Shown here one piece after another: positions 20,262 to 29,781 of a stretch of DNA of 54,812 bases. Position 1 is the stretch's first letter. Each line of letters begins with the position of its first letter. Below the pieces are notes generated by a model. The model was not told where the DNA came from. It did no database searches and was given only the letters and a program-made list of their open reading frames with translations. The translations under genes and the position numbers were made by a program. Origin of the DNA: an uncultured candidate division WWE3 bacterium (lineage in GTDB: Bacteria > Patescibacteriota > WWE3 > UBA101185 > UBA10185); NCBI GenBank assembly GCA_963765125.1, contig CAVXUZ010000005.1:427441-482252 (forward strand). The letters are read 5' to 3'.

Positions 20262-22367
20262 ATGGCGACATTAAAAGAGCTCAGAGAAGAAAGAATAAAA
20301 AAGCTTGAGAAACTAAGAGATTTAGGCATTAACCCATTTCCTCCTCATGCAGTAAAAGACTTACCAAACAAAGAAATAACTGATAATTTTTCTAAACTCG
20401 AAGATAAGACAGTAACCGTAGCAGGAAGAATTATGTCGCTAAGGGAACACGGACAATTGATTTTTGCAGATTTGCACGATTTCACAGGAAAAGTTCAACT
20501 CTATATTAAAGACGATGAATTAAATCCAACAAATAAAAAAACGCAGGAACTTGGATTTACAGACCTGGGACTTTTAGATATTGGTGATTTTATACAAGCT
20601 TCGGGTAAAGTAACAAAAACAAAATCGGGCGAAGTTTCGATTACCCCAACTTCAATAAAACTTTTAACAAAAACGATCAGGCCTCTTCCAGAAAAAAGAG
20701 AAGGCTTAAAAGATAGAGATACAATTTTTAGAAGAAGATATCTCGATCTCGCTATGAATCCTGAAACAAGAGAAATGTTTATTAGAAAATCAAAGTTTTG
20801 GGCAGGCGTAAGAAATTTTCTAACAGACAATGGATTTATTGAATTTGAAACTCCGGTTCTTGAGCACGTCACAGGAGGCGCAGATGCCAAACCTTTTGTA
20901 ACCCACCACGAAGCCCTAGACGAAGATTTTTATCTTAGAATTTCCACAGAGCTTTATCAAAAAAGATTAATTGGGGGTGGTTATGAAAAAATCTTTACTC
21001 TTGGACCTAACTTTAGAAATGAGGGCCTAAGCGACGAGCACCTTCAAGAATTTTATCAAGTCGAGTGGTACTGGGCATATGCAAACTATAAAGACAATAT
21101 GGAACTCACCGAAAAGCTTTTTAAATACGTTGCTAAAGAAGTCTATGGAAAAACAAAGTTTGAAAAAAACGGTCACAAGTTTGATCTTTCTGACAAGTGG
21201 AAAGAAATTGATTACGCAAAAGTTATAAAAGAAAAATACAATGTAGATATTTTTGAAACACCCGACGAAAAGATTTTACAAATACTTAAAGGGAATAAAG
21301 TTAATCTACCAGGAAAAATAAATAGAACTCGACTTATCGACAACTTGTGGAAATTAATTAGAAAAGAAATCTCTGGTCCAGCATTTTTAATCAACCAGCC
21401 AAAATTTATTTCACCTCTCGCAAAATCTATCCCTGGTAACGAAAATTTTACCGAAAGATTTCAAATTATAATTGCGGGCAGCGAACTCGGTAATGGTTAC
21501 AGCGAGCTTAACGACCCATTTGACCAGCTAGATAGATTCGTCGAGCAGCAACAAGCAAGAAATGAAGGCGACGATGAGGCACAAATGCTCGACATAGACT
21601 TTGTTGAAATGCTCGAATACGGTATGCCACCAACCTCTGGTTTTGGCTTAAGTGAAAGGGTTTTCTGGTTTTTAGAGGGGGTCACCGCGAGAGAAGGAAT
21701 ATTTTTCCCACAGATGAGAGCAAAGCTCGACGATGTAACTAAAGAAATATACGGTTTATCGGAGCAGAAACAATCACCAAGCCAAAAACCCAGCACAAAA
21801 GAACCTACAGAAAAGGCTAATTTTTCAATCGCAGACGCAAAAAAACTTTTAGAAGATCATGTAAAAGATGATTATCAAAAACTACACGCGCTTATGGTCG
21901 CCGAAGCTATGAAATCTTACGCTGAAAAATTTGGTGAAGACCAAACACTTTGGTACATTACTGGCTTACTTCACGACCTTGATTATTTTGAGTACCCCGA
22001 GGAACACCCCGCAGTAGAAATAAAATGGTTTGAGACGTGGAATTTTCCAAAAGAATTTGTTGAAGCAGTTGCTGCTCATGCGCACGAAAGAACCGGAGTC
22101 GAACCAGAAACAAAAATATCATCAACCCTAGCTGCCACTGATGAACTTGCAGGATTTTTATACGCATATTCTTTGATGAGACCAGAAGGATTTGAAAACA
22201 TGGACGCATCTTCTGTTAAGAAAAAGTTTAAGGACAAGGCTTTCGCAAGAAAAGTTAACAGAGAAGATATAACATATGGCGTAGAAAAATTTGGTATAGA
22301 GTTTTCGGAACACGTTAATTTTTTAATCGACGTCTTCAATAAAATGGCGGAATTGAAAAAGCAGTAG
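20262..22367 (+). CDS. lysS: Lysyl-tRNA synthetase (class II) fused to a C-terminal HD-domain module
   Basis: The first ~500 aa carry an OB fold and class II motifs (FRNEGLSDEHLQEF, GFGLSERV). The last ~190 aa carry H...HD...H (KLHALMV, LLHDLDY, AAHAHE). Confidence 0.9.
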   Translation: MATLKELREERIKKLEKLRDLGINPFPPHAVKDLPNKEITDNFSKLEDKTVTVAGRIMSLREHGQLIFADLHDFTGKVQLYIKDDELNPTNKKTQELGFTDLGLLDIGDFIQASGKVTKTKSGEVSITPTSIKLLTKTIRPLPEKREGLKDRDTIFRRRYLDLAMNPETREMFIRKSKFWAGVRNFLTDNGFIEFETPVLEHVTGGADAKPFVTHHEALDEDFYLRISTELYQKRLIGGGYEKIFTLGPNFRNEGLSDEHLQEFYQVEWYWAYANYKDNMELTEKLFKYVAKEVYGKTKFEKNGHKFDLSDKWKEIDYAKVIKEKYNVDIFETPDEKILQILKGNKVNLPGKINRTRLIDNLWKLIRKEISGPAFLINQPKFISPLAKSIPGNENFTERFQIIIAGSELGNGYSELNDPFDQLDRFVEQQQARNEGDDEAQMLDIDFVEMLEYGMPPTSGFGLSERVFWFLEGVTAREGIFFPQMRAKLDDVTKEIYGLSEQKQSPSQKPSTKEPTEKANFSIADAKKLLEDHVKDDYQKLHALMVAEAMKSYAEKFGEDQTLWYITGLLHDLDYFEYPEEHPAVEIKWFETWNFPKEFVEAVAAHAHERTGVEPETKISSTLAATDELAGFLYAYSLMRPEGFENMDASSVKKKFKDKAFARKVNREDITYGVEKFGIEFSEHVNFLIDVFNKMAELKKQ

Positions 22368-22391
22368 TTTAATTCTGTTAAAATCATACTG

Positions 22392-23648
22392 ATGGATAAT
22401 CAAACAAGCCCACAAGAAAATCCTCAACCGACCCAGCCTACTATAGAGGCCGTTAATACCGCGCCACAACAACAAGAACAGCTATCACAAAAAGACGTGA
22501 ACGCGGCAAAAAAGAAAAGCTTTGAGAAAAAAGTAAAGTTATTCTTATTTATTTTTGGCATTGTAATCGTGTTGATGATTATTTCTGCGTTTGTGTGGCA
22601 AATCTATACAAAGAACAAAAAACAATTTGAGGTAAATGAACAAATTCCAGATGAAACAGATATTGTTATTAAAGAAGAAGACCCCATATCAACCGAAGAT
22701 TGGCAAAGATTTTCTAGTGATAAATATAGATTTATATTTGATTACCCAAAAGAAGATAAGTTCTCTGTTTCTGACGACACAGAAAATGCATATTTTGTAA
22801 AAATAGTATCTTCTGACACAGTCCCTGTTGATAACCCTGACGGTTTTGTATTAGTAAAAGGATATATTTTTGAAATAAAACCACTCGCAATCGCGGCAAG
22901 AAATATAAATAAAATTGTTGAGATTAAATCAAACTGGTTTAAAGAAAATTGCCCGGATACAGCAACAATCGGAGAAAAGAAAACAGACACTAAAATTTCT
23001 GATATTACTACAACAGGTTTTGAAGTATCAAACTGCAATAGCGATTTTGTTGTTAACTACTTATCAGCAAATAATTACGTCTATGAAATAGTACAAACCT
23101 TTAAAGGTGATATTGGCTTTAAACAAAATTACAAGCTTAGAACCGAGCAAATGCTAGCATCTCTCAAAATAGATCAGTTAAAACCAGAAGAACCTGACTA
23201 CCTTGAGTATGAAGATAAAATAGGCGGTTACTCATTTACATATCCAAGAACGCTCGATTCTACCTGCTGTAAAGTGCCAGAACCACCTATCAGCAATACG
23301 AGATCAATTCTCACCCTCTCCTCAACTGGAGGAAACGAGTCAGCAGTAGGATTTTTTACTACAAACTTAGGGGATAGACAAACGTATGATCAGTTTTTGC
23401 AAAATTTTGAAAACTTACTCACAGACGACTACAAGGTAATTAAAGGCAAACCCCCTGAGGGTGAAAAAATTAATCTAGTTTACAATAACTACGATTTCGT
23501 AAGGCTCAATGGATACTCTTGGAGAGGAAACAATTTTATAATTGCTAAAACACCAGACGATAGAAATGTTGTTATAATTTCAATTATGGGATTTCCTGAA
23601 GACTCTCTAGAACAAATTATGAGTACCGTGTTGTTTGAGTTTAAATAA
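22392..23648 (+). CDS. Membrane-anchored hypothetical protein
   Basis: 418 aa with a Q/P-rich N-terminus, one TM helix and a large extracytoplasmic domain. Confidence 0.6.
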   Translation: MDNQTSPQENPQPTQPTIEAVNTAPQQQEQLSQKDVNAAKKKSFEKKVKLFLFIFGIVIVLMIISAFVWQIYTKNKKQFEVNEQIPDETDIVIKEEDPISTEDWQRFSSDKYRFIFDYPKEDKFSVSDDTENAYFVKIVSSDTVPVDNPDGFVLVKGYIFEIKPLAIAARNINKIVEIKSNWFKENCPDTATIGEKKTDTKISDITTTGFEVSNCNSDFVVNYLSANNYVYEIVQTFKGDIGFKQNYKLRTEQMLASLKIDQLKPEEPDYLEYEDKIGGYSFTYPRTLDSTCCKVPEPPISNTRSILTLSSTGGNESAVGFFTTNLGDRQTYDQFLQNFENLLTDDYKVIKGKPPEGEKINLVYNNYDFVRLNGYSWRGNNFIIAKTPDDRNVVIISIMGFPEDSLEQIMSTVLFEFK

Positions 23649-24263
23649 CTAATAGCCAAGTTTTGCAATTATTCTTTTAAAAACCTCTTCCTCTGTTCCT
23701 AACGCATCTACATTAATCCATTTTTCTTTAAAGTTTTTATGCTTTGACATAAATTTGTAGCCGTCTATTACTCTTTTGTAAAAATCTACACCATACTTTT
23801 CAAATTTATCTGTTTGGTGATCTTCTGTCCGCAATGTTCCAACTTCGAATGGGATATCAAGATAAATAATTTTATCTGGAAGTAAACCTTCAATTGCTGG
23901 TATGTTTATTTTATAAACTAATTTGAAGCCTAATTCCCTACCAAAAGCTTGATTGCTTAGGCTAGTTAGAAAGCTCCTGTCTGCAACAACAATTCCACCT
24001 TTATCAAGAACCGGCTTTACAATCTGCCTAAGACTTTGAGCTCGCGAAGAGGCGTAAAGGTATGCTTCGCAGATCGACTCCATCTCTACCTCATAATCTA
24101 CGTGCTGGCATATTTTTCTGATATCTTCCGAGATCTTTGTCCCTCCGGGCTCTCTTGTATAAATAACTTCCAATTTGGGAAACTTTTGTTTAAGGTACTC
24201 GGTCAGTTTTTTAGATTGAGTGGATTTTCCACTACCTACCAATCCTTCAAAAACAATATACAT
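23649..24263 (-). CDS. tmk: Thymidylate kinase
   Basis: P-loop FEGLVGSGKSTQ, plus TREPGGT and DR motifs. Confidence 0.92.
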   Translation of the reverse strand: MYIVFEGLVGSGKSTQSKKLTEYLKQKFPKLEVIYTREPGGTKISEDIRKICQHVDYEVEMESICEAYLYASSRAQSLRQIVKPVLDKGGIVVADRSFLTSLSNQAFGRELGFKLVYKINIPAIEGLLPDKIIYLDIPFEVGTLRTEDHQTDKFEKYGVDFYKRVIDGYKFMSKHKNFKEKWINVDALGTEEEVFKRIIAKLGY

Positions 24264-24267
24264 AGTT

Positions 24268-25185
24268 TTAATTTCTTGAGAAAAAGTCCCAAATTACGTC
24301 TGTAGTGTTGATAGTTCTTTTTGAAACAAAATTGAATAAATCGTCTATACTCCCCGGCCAAGTGTGCGCAGACTCAGTAACGTAAAACTCAATGTTTGAA
24401 TTTTCGCAGTCTCGATAAATTTCTTTGGTAATATACTGCTGGTTTGATACTTCTGATGGGTGATTTGTACATTTATTATTTTCTAACCAAAAGAAAAGTG
24501 AGTCATACGCGCCTGTAAAATTCACAACCCTGTATTTACTTAACCCTCCCTCAAAAGGTACAACTTCGTCGTTTTTACCGTGAATTATTATCGTAGGGAT
24601 TGGAACCCCAGATTTACTGAGCATTTTAAACTCTTCGTCATCTTCGTATTTAGCGCCCACCGCCCCCGCAACTTGTGCAAAACCTGCGACTTTATCGTTC
24701 ATGTCTAACGCGAGTAAACTACCTATCATAGCGCCGTTTGAAATACCTGCGACGTAAATACGCGACTCGTTAATTCCACCCTGGCCAATAACTTGTTTGA
24801 TCATTTCTTTTAAAAATCCCAAGTCGTCGACGTTATGGTCGTAAGCCCAGGCACAGCAGAATGTACTATTCCACGACGGGGCAGAAAAAAATCCGCGTCT
24901 GTAAGCGTAAGGATAAACAACAATAAACCCCTCTTCGTCTGCTTTTCTACTAAACCCAGTATAAATCTCCATAATACGTGCGTCATCCATAAAGCCGTGT
25001 ATTGCAACAACAAGAGGATATTCTTTACCAACCACGTAATTTTTTGGGTAGTGAATTCTATACTTTCTTTCTAAACCGGCGTACTCAATTTTCTTTTCTT
25101 TTGAGGAATGAGTACTAAATCCTACGTATATTGATGCTGCTAAAATTGGAAGAATAAAAACAAGAATCAAAATCTTTCTGATCAT
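24268..25185 (-). CDS. Secreted alpha/beta hydrolase (esterase / PHB-depolymerase LpqC-like)
   Basis: Signal anchor, nucleophile elbow GISNGAM and HG oxyanion motif. Confidence 0.65.
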   Translation of the reverse strand: MIRKILILVFILPILAASIYVGFSTHSSKEKKIEYAGLERKYRIHYPKNYVVGKEYPLVVAIHGFMDDARIMEIYTGFSRKADEEGFIVVYPYAYRRGFFSAPSWNSTFCCAWAYDHNVDDLGFLKEMIKQVIGQGGINESRIYVAGISNGAMIGSLLALDMNDKVAGFAQVAGAVGAKYEDDEEFKMLSKSGVPIPTIIIHGKNDEVVPFEGGLSKYRVVNFTGAYDSLFFWLENNKCTNHPSEVSNQQYITKEIYRDCENSNIEFYVTESAHTWPGSIDDLFNFVSKRTINTTDVIWDFFSRN

Positions 25186-25211
25186 AATGTTTTTATTATA
25201 ACGTTATGCGC

Positions 25212-26612
25212 CTAGGAGCGAAATAATATTTTTCTGAGGATCTGACCAAGTTTTATTAAAACAAGGTAAGAAATGAGCGAACCGAGCGTAAACACTAATA
25301 GTAAATACAGCGCATCGTAGATATCCATAAAATATAAATTCATCGCCAAAAGTGCAAAAGAAAACGGATTTGCAATTACGCCAAGAGCAGCGCCTAGAGA
25401 AGACATTTCTGAATAGTCCATCTTTCTCTCGCCTTTAATAATCAAAACTCTAGAAAACAGCAAAACCATCATCGCAATACCTAACACGAGCAAAACTTTA
25501 GAAATGATATCTGAGATATAAAAACCCTTTTCGTAATATAAAGTTAGAAATACCAGAACGAGCGTAAAGAATGATTGCATAATGATGTACGTCCCAGAAA
25601 AACTCGCAGCGCTTTTTAGGCAAGTTCCATATCTTTTTAAACCAAACGCTACAAGAAGAACTAAAAGCAATGGGCTTAGAGCTATCTGAATAAGCCCTAG
25701 TGAAAATGTTGAACCAAGTAGTGAAAGCCTGTCTTTAGCACCCATACGATATGCGCTGTATGCATTGTTTAAGCTGGTTTCAAAACTTCGGTAAAGGTAA
25801 TTTGTATATTTGGTGATCAACGAAACATCTTCGTACACCGAAGGATAAATATCTACAAACTCATCATCAAAAAATTTGTTGTCATCCCAAACTCTCGCAG
25901 CAGCACGATGGTGCGTGTTGTCTTTAAAATAAGTATGAATGCTTATCGGATTGTGTGTTTTATTTCCATCGCCGTAGTCAAACAGAAATTTAAGAGGCGC
26001 TATTCCACGGCTATGACTTAGATCAAAAATATATTGAATTCTGTCGCTACCAAAAATTGTGGGGTTTCTTATACCAACTAGCGAAGCTTCTGGCATGTCA
26101 TATCGTCCTGCTGGAATTATATTAATTTGTAACCTTGAATAATTTATTTGTTTTGCAAATTGTTTAGGCTGGTCATTGCCCGCTGCGTTGTTAATCTGAT
26201 CAATTATACCGACGCTAACAACGTATGAACCCGGTTTGAGATAACTGTATGAAATAGAATGGCCGGACAAAATTTTCTCACCGTCATCAAAATCCCACAC
26301 AAAGTTGAGCTTTTCAAAATCGGCAGGCGTGTACCCTAAATATTGGTTATTAACCGAAAGGTTGATCTTTTCACCAACCAAAAAATTAATTGGAGAAACT
26401 GAATCAGGCAGTTTTAGAAACTCAGAATCGAAATACCCAAACTTTGTTAAAACATCTAATTTATTTATTTTTATTCTTGGAACATAAGTATAAAGCTGTG
26501 AACTTGGCTGAAGCTCGCCAATGTTAATTTCAGCTGCTCTTATAGCTAACCGTGGAAATATGAAAAAATTTACTACGAGAAGGGTAATAACAATTGTAAT
26601 TAGTTTTTTCAT
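25212..26612 (-). CDS. PKD-repeat protein with C-terminal polytopic membrane domain
   Basis: Signal peptide and two PKD-like repeats (WDFDDGE...YSYLKPGSYVVSV; FDYGDGN), followed by about 5-6 TM helices. Confidence 0.65.
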   Translation of the reverse strand: MKKLITIVITLLVVNFFIFPRLAIRAAEINIGELQPSSQLYTYVPRIKINKLDVLTKFGYFDSEFLKLPDSVSPINFLVGEKINLSVNNQYLGYTPADFEKLNFVWDFDDGEKILSGHSISYSYLKPGSYVVSVGIIDQINNAAGNDQPKQFAKQINYSRLQINIIPAGRYDMPEASLVGIRNPTIFGSDRIQYIFDLSHSRGIAPLKFLFDYGDGNKTHNPISIHTYFKDNTHHRAAARVWDDNKFFDDEFVDIYPSVYEDVSLITKYTNYLYRSFETSLNNAYSAYRMGAKDRLSLLGSTFSLGLIQIALSPLLLVLLVAFGLKRYGTCLKSAASFSGTYIIMQSFFTLVLVFLTLYYEKGFYISDIISKVLLVLGIAMMVLLFSRVLIIKGERKMDYSEMSSLGAALGVIANPFSFALLAMNLYFMDIYDALYLLLVFTLGSLISYLVLIKLGQILRKILFRS

Positions 26613-26656
26613 TATTTTAATTGTAACAAATCGGGTGAAATGAACAAATTGGGTTT

Positions 26657-27041
26657 TAAAAAGGTATTAGCGCACATTGAGTTTTATATTCTCTTTGTGC
26701 GCTAATTATAGAAGAGAGACGCAGGTAATACTACGGTTCCGATTGGACCGAGCGGCAAAATTTAATTTGAACAGCCACAAAGCCCAACAAAAGTAACTAC
26801 GCCATGAGGGTTCCCGATTTAGAGCTACAAATCCTGTGTTGATCATCGTTGATTTGCTAACTCTAGTCGAAGGTTAAAACCGTCTGGGGTCTCCAACAAA
26901 CGTCAAAAAACGATCATACGGCTGCTGCTTGCGTGTATATTCTTCCCTAGATACCAAGTACTTAGTACCAATAGTGCCTTTAAAAGGTCACCAATGTGGG
27001 ATGCACCGAAACAGCAACTAAGTCGAACCTGCGCCTCTCTT
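26657..27041 (-). ncRNA. Unidentified structured RNA candidate 2 (~330-nt core)
   Basis: Promoter TTGACA-N17-TATATT at 27049-27077. A 13-bp closing helix pairs GAGAGGCGCAGGU (27027-27039) with ACCUGCGUCUCUC (26714-26726). Terminator hairpin TTAGCGCACA/TGTGCGCTAA + T-run at 26657-26705. No ORF, and G+C-rich by eye. Confidence 0.55.
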
Positions 27042-27096
27042 GACATGCAATATACTATATGGGTTTATTTGTGTCAAATATAAAAAGAGGGAGAAA

Positions 27097-27324
27097 ATGA
27101 AAAGGACGCGGTCTCAAAATAAAATTTAAGAGAAACCGCGTCCTAGTAACAAGGAGGTCCGTCCTGCCTTGAAATAATTTTGTTACTAGCGAGATTATTT
27201 AGCTTGTATGTGTGGCTTCAGGGAAGACGTCTCATATGTACGCCGGGGAAGTGGTCTCTAAAACGACCTCTAAATTTCTTCCAATACCTTAGCCTTATCT
27301 TTCACACCAGTGTGCTCGCTAGAT
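27097..27324 (-). ncRNA. Unidentified structured RNA candidate 1 (~230 nt)
   Basis: Promoter TTGACG-N17-TATAAT at 27331-27359. A long irregular hairpin is closed by CUAGCGAG/CUCGCUAG. A 10-bp hairpin CUAGUAACAA/UUGUUACUAG follows. Terminator GGACGCGGU.UCUC/GAGACCGCGUCC + UUUU at 27098-27145. Confidence 0.55.
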
Positions 27325-27359
27325 GAGAGTATTATACTATGGGTTTCTAATAACGTCAA

Positions 27360-28586
27360 CTACCTAGTTAATATGATTGCGTTTGGTAAACTTCTACCTG
27401 GTCCGACTACGTAGCGTCCGTCGATGTACATCGCAGAAGAACCACCGCCGTCAAGATTTAATGCGTGCTGTGCCCCAAGTGCGCGCATTGCATATGCAGC
27501 TTCTTCGACTGAAGCGTTGTAAATTATTGCAAGATAAATATTTTCTCCTCCAACACCTATAGCACCACGTGTTCCTTTTATTTTTTGATACGACGTTAAA
27601 CTACTATCTTTGACAATCACCTCTCCATTTTTTAATAACGAAGGATAATTAGAAATTCCTGCGCTTACTCCACTGCCGCCAAACTCTGAAGATTTTTTAT
27701 AAAATTGTGCTGAACTTCCGTTGAAAGTCATTAAACCGGTTTCTGACCAAGAGAGTGCCCCCTTGTTTAACCACTTTCCTTTGCTCGAATGGTAGAAGGC
27801 GTAGTCAGAAGAATTTACTTTACCCCCACAGGCTGAATAATCAGGAGGGCAAAAATACGCGCCGTTTATTCCAGCGAAACCATTATTGTCGCTTACAAAT
27901 TGCTGTAGAGATTTTGTAGGACAATTGTCTTTGCAGTCGTCAGACGACGCGGAGGTCGTTCTAACGTTAACGCCAGAAAGGGGTAGTTTGATTAGATGAA
28001 CGCCAAAAGTGCCCTTCTCGGTGCCCACGTTGACGTAGGAGTAGCCTGTAGACGCCGCTGGTGCTGGAGGAGGCAATGACGCTACATATTCAGCGTAGTC
28101 AGCGTCTAGTTTTGCCACTGCTTCACTCAATCCAACGTCGAGATTTTCAAAATCTTGGGCTATGAGTAGCGTCCCCCACTCCTCAAGCTTATCGAGCGAA
28201 TCTTTAGTGTCGAGTTTTACATTTTCGTTTCGCTTTAGCTTGGCTTCAAAATCACCATACAATTCATAAACCTCATTTACATTTTCAACCAAACTACCTT
28301 CTGGCGTATTTTTTATAGTTTCGATTTCTTTTTCAAGGTTGCTCAAATTATTTTCAAGATTTCTTTTATCGAGCAAAAAAAGGTGTTCGTTAAAAAGTTC
28401 TTCTGAAAGATTTTGTTGGAAATTTTGCTGAGCCTGCTTCACTTCGTCGTAGTTCATTTTTAAAGATTTAAGGTTTGTGTCAGAGCGTAGAAATAAATAT
28501 CCCAAAAGCGCGATCGGTATATAAATAATTAAAGTTATTCCTAAAACCAAAAATACGTGTTTTTTATGAGGATGGGGCAGTTTCAT
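27360..28586 (-). CDS. Phosphodiester glycosidase (NAGPA/DUF2233) domain protein, membrane-anchored with coiled coil
   Basis: The C-terminal segment GINGAYF...RGAIGVGGENIYLAII...ALNLDGGGSSAMY is typical of DUF2233. Confidence 0.75.
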   Translation of the reverse strand: MKLPHPHKKHVFLVLGITLIIYIPIALLGYLFLRSDTNLKSLKMNYDEVKQAQQNFQQNLSEELFNEHLFLLDKRNLENNLSNLEKEIETIKNTPEGSLVENVNEVYELYGDFEAKLKRNENVKLDTKDSLDKLEEWGTLLIAQDFENLDVGLSEAVAKLDADYAEYVASLPPPAPAASTGYSYVNVGTEKGTFGVHLIKLPLSGVNVRTTSASSDDCKDNCPTKSLQQFVSDNNGFAGINGAYFCPPDYSACGGKVNSSDYAFYHSSKGKWLNKGALSWSETGLMTFNGSSAQFYKKSSEFGGSGVSAGISNYPSLLKNGEVIVKDSSLTSYQKIKGTRGAIGVGGENIYLAIIYNASVEEAAYAMRALGAQHALNLDGGGSSAMYIDGRYVVGPGRSLPNAIILTR

Positions 28587-28655
28587 ACTATTTGTTAATA
28601 ATAATAGATATACCCTGCTGATACAACTTGCGATTAGTAATATAATTCAAGCTGA

Positions 28656-29777
28656 GTGACGTTTATACAAAATCTTAAAAAATACAAATATCTGATCGTA
28701 ACTATTCTCATAATTGTTCTTGGGCTTGCACAAAGACTTGATCACGCATGGCATACAAGTCTTGGTGGCGACGCACAAACACATCTTAGAGCTGTAACTG
28801 AGCTATTTTCTGGAGTAAACCCTTATGCGTGGACTGTAGAAACATATAAAAATCTGGAAAACGACCCGGGCAATAAAGGCTACGCATACCTACCTGGAAT
28901 TATGTACATGAACTCTGCTTTCTATCTGTTTCACTTGGCTCTTAAATATAGTTTTGGTATTAATCTCCATTTGCCGTTTTTGTTTTTACTTCCAAGTGTA
29001 ATTTCGTCTTTATTTATCGGAATATTTTTTATCAAATATTTTTATAATAAAAATCAGCTTGCGATGTTGTTTTGCAATATTGCGTGGTTTTTTAATTCAT
29101 ATTTTGTGGCGCAAAAAAATGATGTGGGTTATGACGCAGTTGCGGTTGCACTTTTATTGTGGGCATTACACTTTCTTGAAAAAGACGATGTGAAGAGTTC
29201 TGCGTTATTTTCCCTGGCGGTAATTGTAAAAACATTTCCGATTGTTTTACTCCCAATATTTCTAATGAAAAGTAAAAATAAACTACTTTTTGTCGTTACG
29301 GGAATTATTATGTTTCTGTCCTTTAGCGTACCTTTTTTAACAAGCAAATCAGATTTTCTAACTTATATTCAGGGAGCTCTGTTAGTTCACGGTGATAGAT
29401 TTGTGCAAGGTAGGCCATTTTTATATTATCTTAGCTATTATGAAAAAATTGAACTTTTCAGAATAATTCCTTTTAAATTTTATTCTCTAGGGTCTATTTT
29501 GATTGGTTGGGTGATTTCAATAGTGTTGCGTACGTTTAATGTAATTAAAGATAAATACGAACTTTCTGTGTTTCCTATTGTGGTGTTTTTGGTTTTAACT
29601 CCGGTATTAAACCGTTCTTATTTAGTATGGGGAATACCGCTTATTCTTGTTGGAACATATTCCTTTTTTCAGCAAAGACATTCGAGACTTTTCTACTCAA
29701 TAAATATATTTGTCTGGGTGTTCTTCTACTGGTATCTACTGCAGTGGAAAGACGGGTTTCATATCTGGCACCCGTAA
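28656..29777 (+). CDS. GT-C fold membrane glycosyltransferase (DUF2029/GT87-like)
   Basis: 373 aa polytopic protein with a GTG start and an early loop with GGDAQTHL...NPY...YAYLPG. Confidence 0.5.
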   Translation: MTFIQNLKKYKYLIVTILIIVLGLAQRLDHAWHTSLGGDAQTHLRAVTELFSGVNPYAWTVETYKNLENDPGNKGYAYLPGIMYMNSAFYLFHLALKYSFGINLHLPFLFLLPSVISSLFIGIFFIKYFYNKNQLAMLFCNIAWFFNSYFVAQKNDVGYDAVAVALLLWALHFLEKDDVKSSALFSLAVIVKTFPIVLLPIFLMKSKNKLLFVVTGIIMFLSFSVPFLTSKSDFLTYIQGALLVHGDRFVQGRPFLYYLSYYEKIELFRIIPFKFYSLGSILIGWVISIVLRTFNVIKDKYELSVFPIVVFLVLTPVLNRSYLVWGIPLILVGTYSFFQQRHSRLFYSINIFVWVFFYWYLLQWKDGFHIWHP

Positions 29778-29781
29778 GTTA

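Noticed and set aside
26657-27041. Considered tmRNA. GGUUCGAC lies near the 5' end, like the tmRNA GGAUUCGAC. A short frame (GRIYTQAAAV-stop) also ends in an Ala-rich tail.
   Set aside because: There is no GGGG 5' acceptor. There is no T-arm (GGUUCGAnUCC) or ACCA near the 3' end. The 13-bp terminal helix does not look like a 7-bp acceptor stem with G3-U70. A permuted tmRNA layout does not fit either.
26657-27041. Considered RNase P RNA, because the size (~330 nt) and the long closing P1-like helix fit.
   Set aside because: The universally conserved GGAAAGUCC (CR-I) and ACAGAAnnCGGCUUA (CR-V) elements are not found on either strand.
27097-27324. A GUUUUAGAG string in RNA candidate 1 resembles the start of type II CRISPR repeats or tracrRNA anti-repeats. 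CAAGGCAGGACG also resembles part of 4.5S RNA.
   Set aside because: There is no repeat array and no cas genes in the window. The SRP core GGAAGCAGC with a GNAR loop is absent. These are treated as chance similarities.
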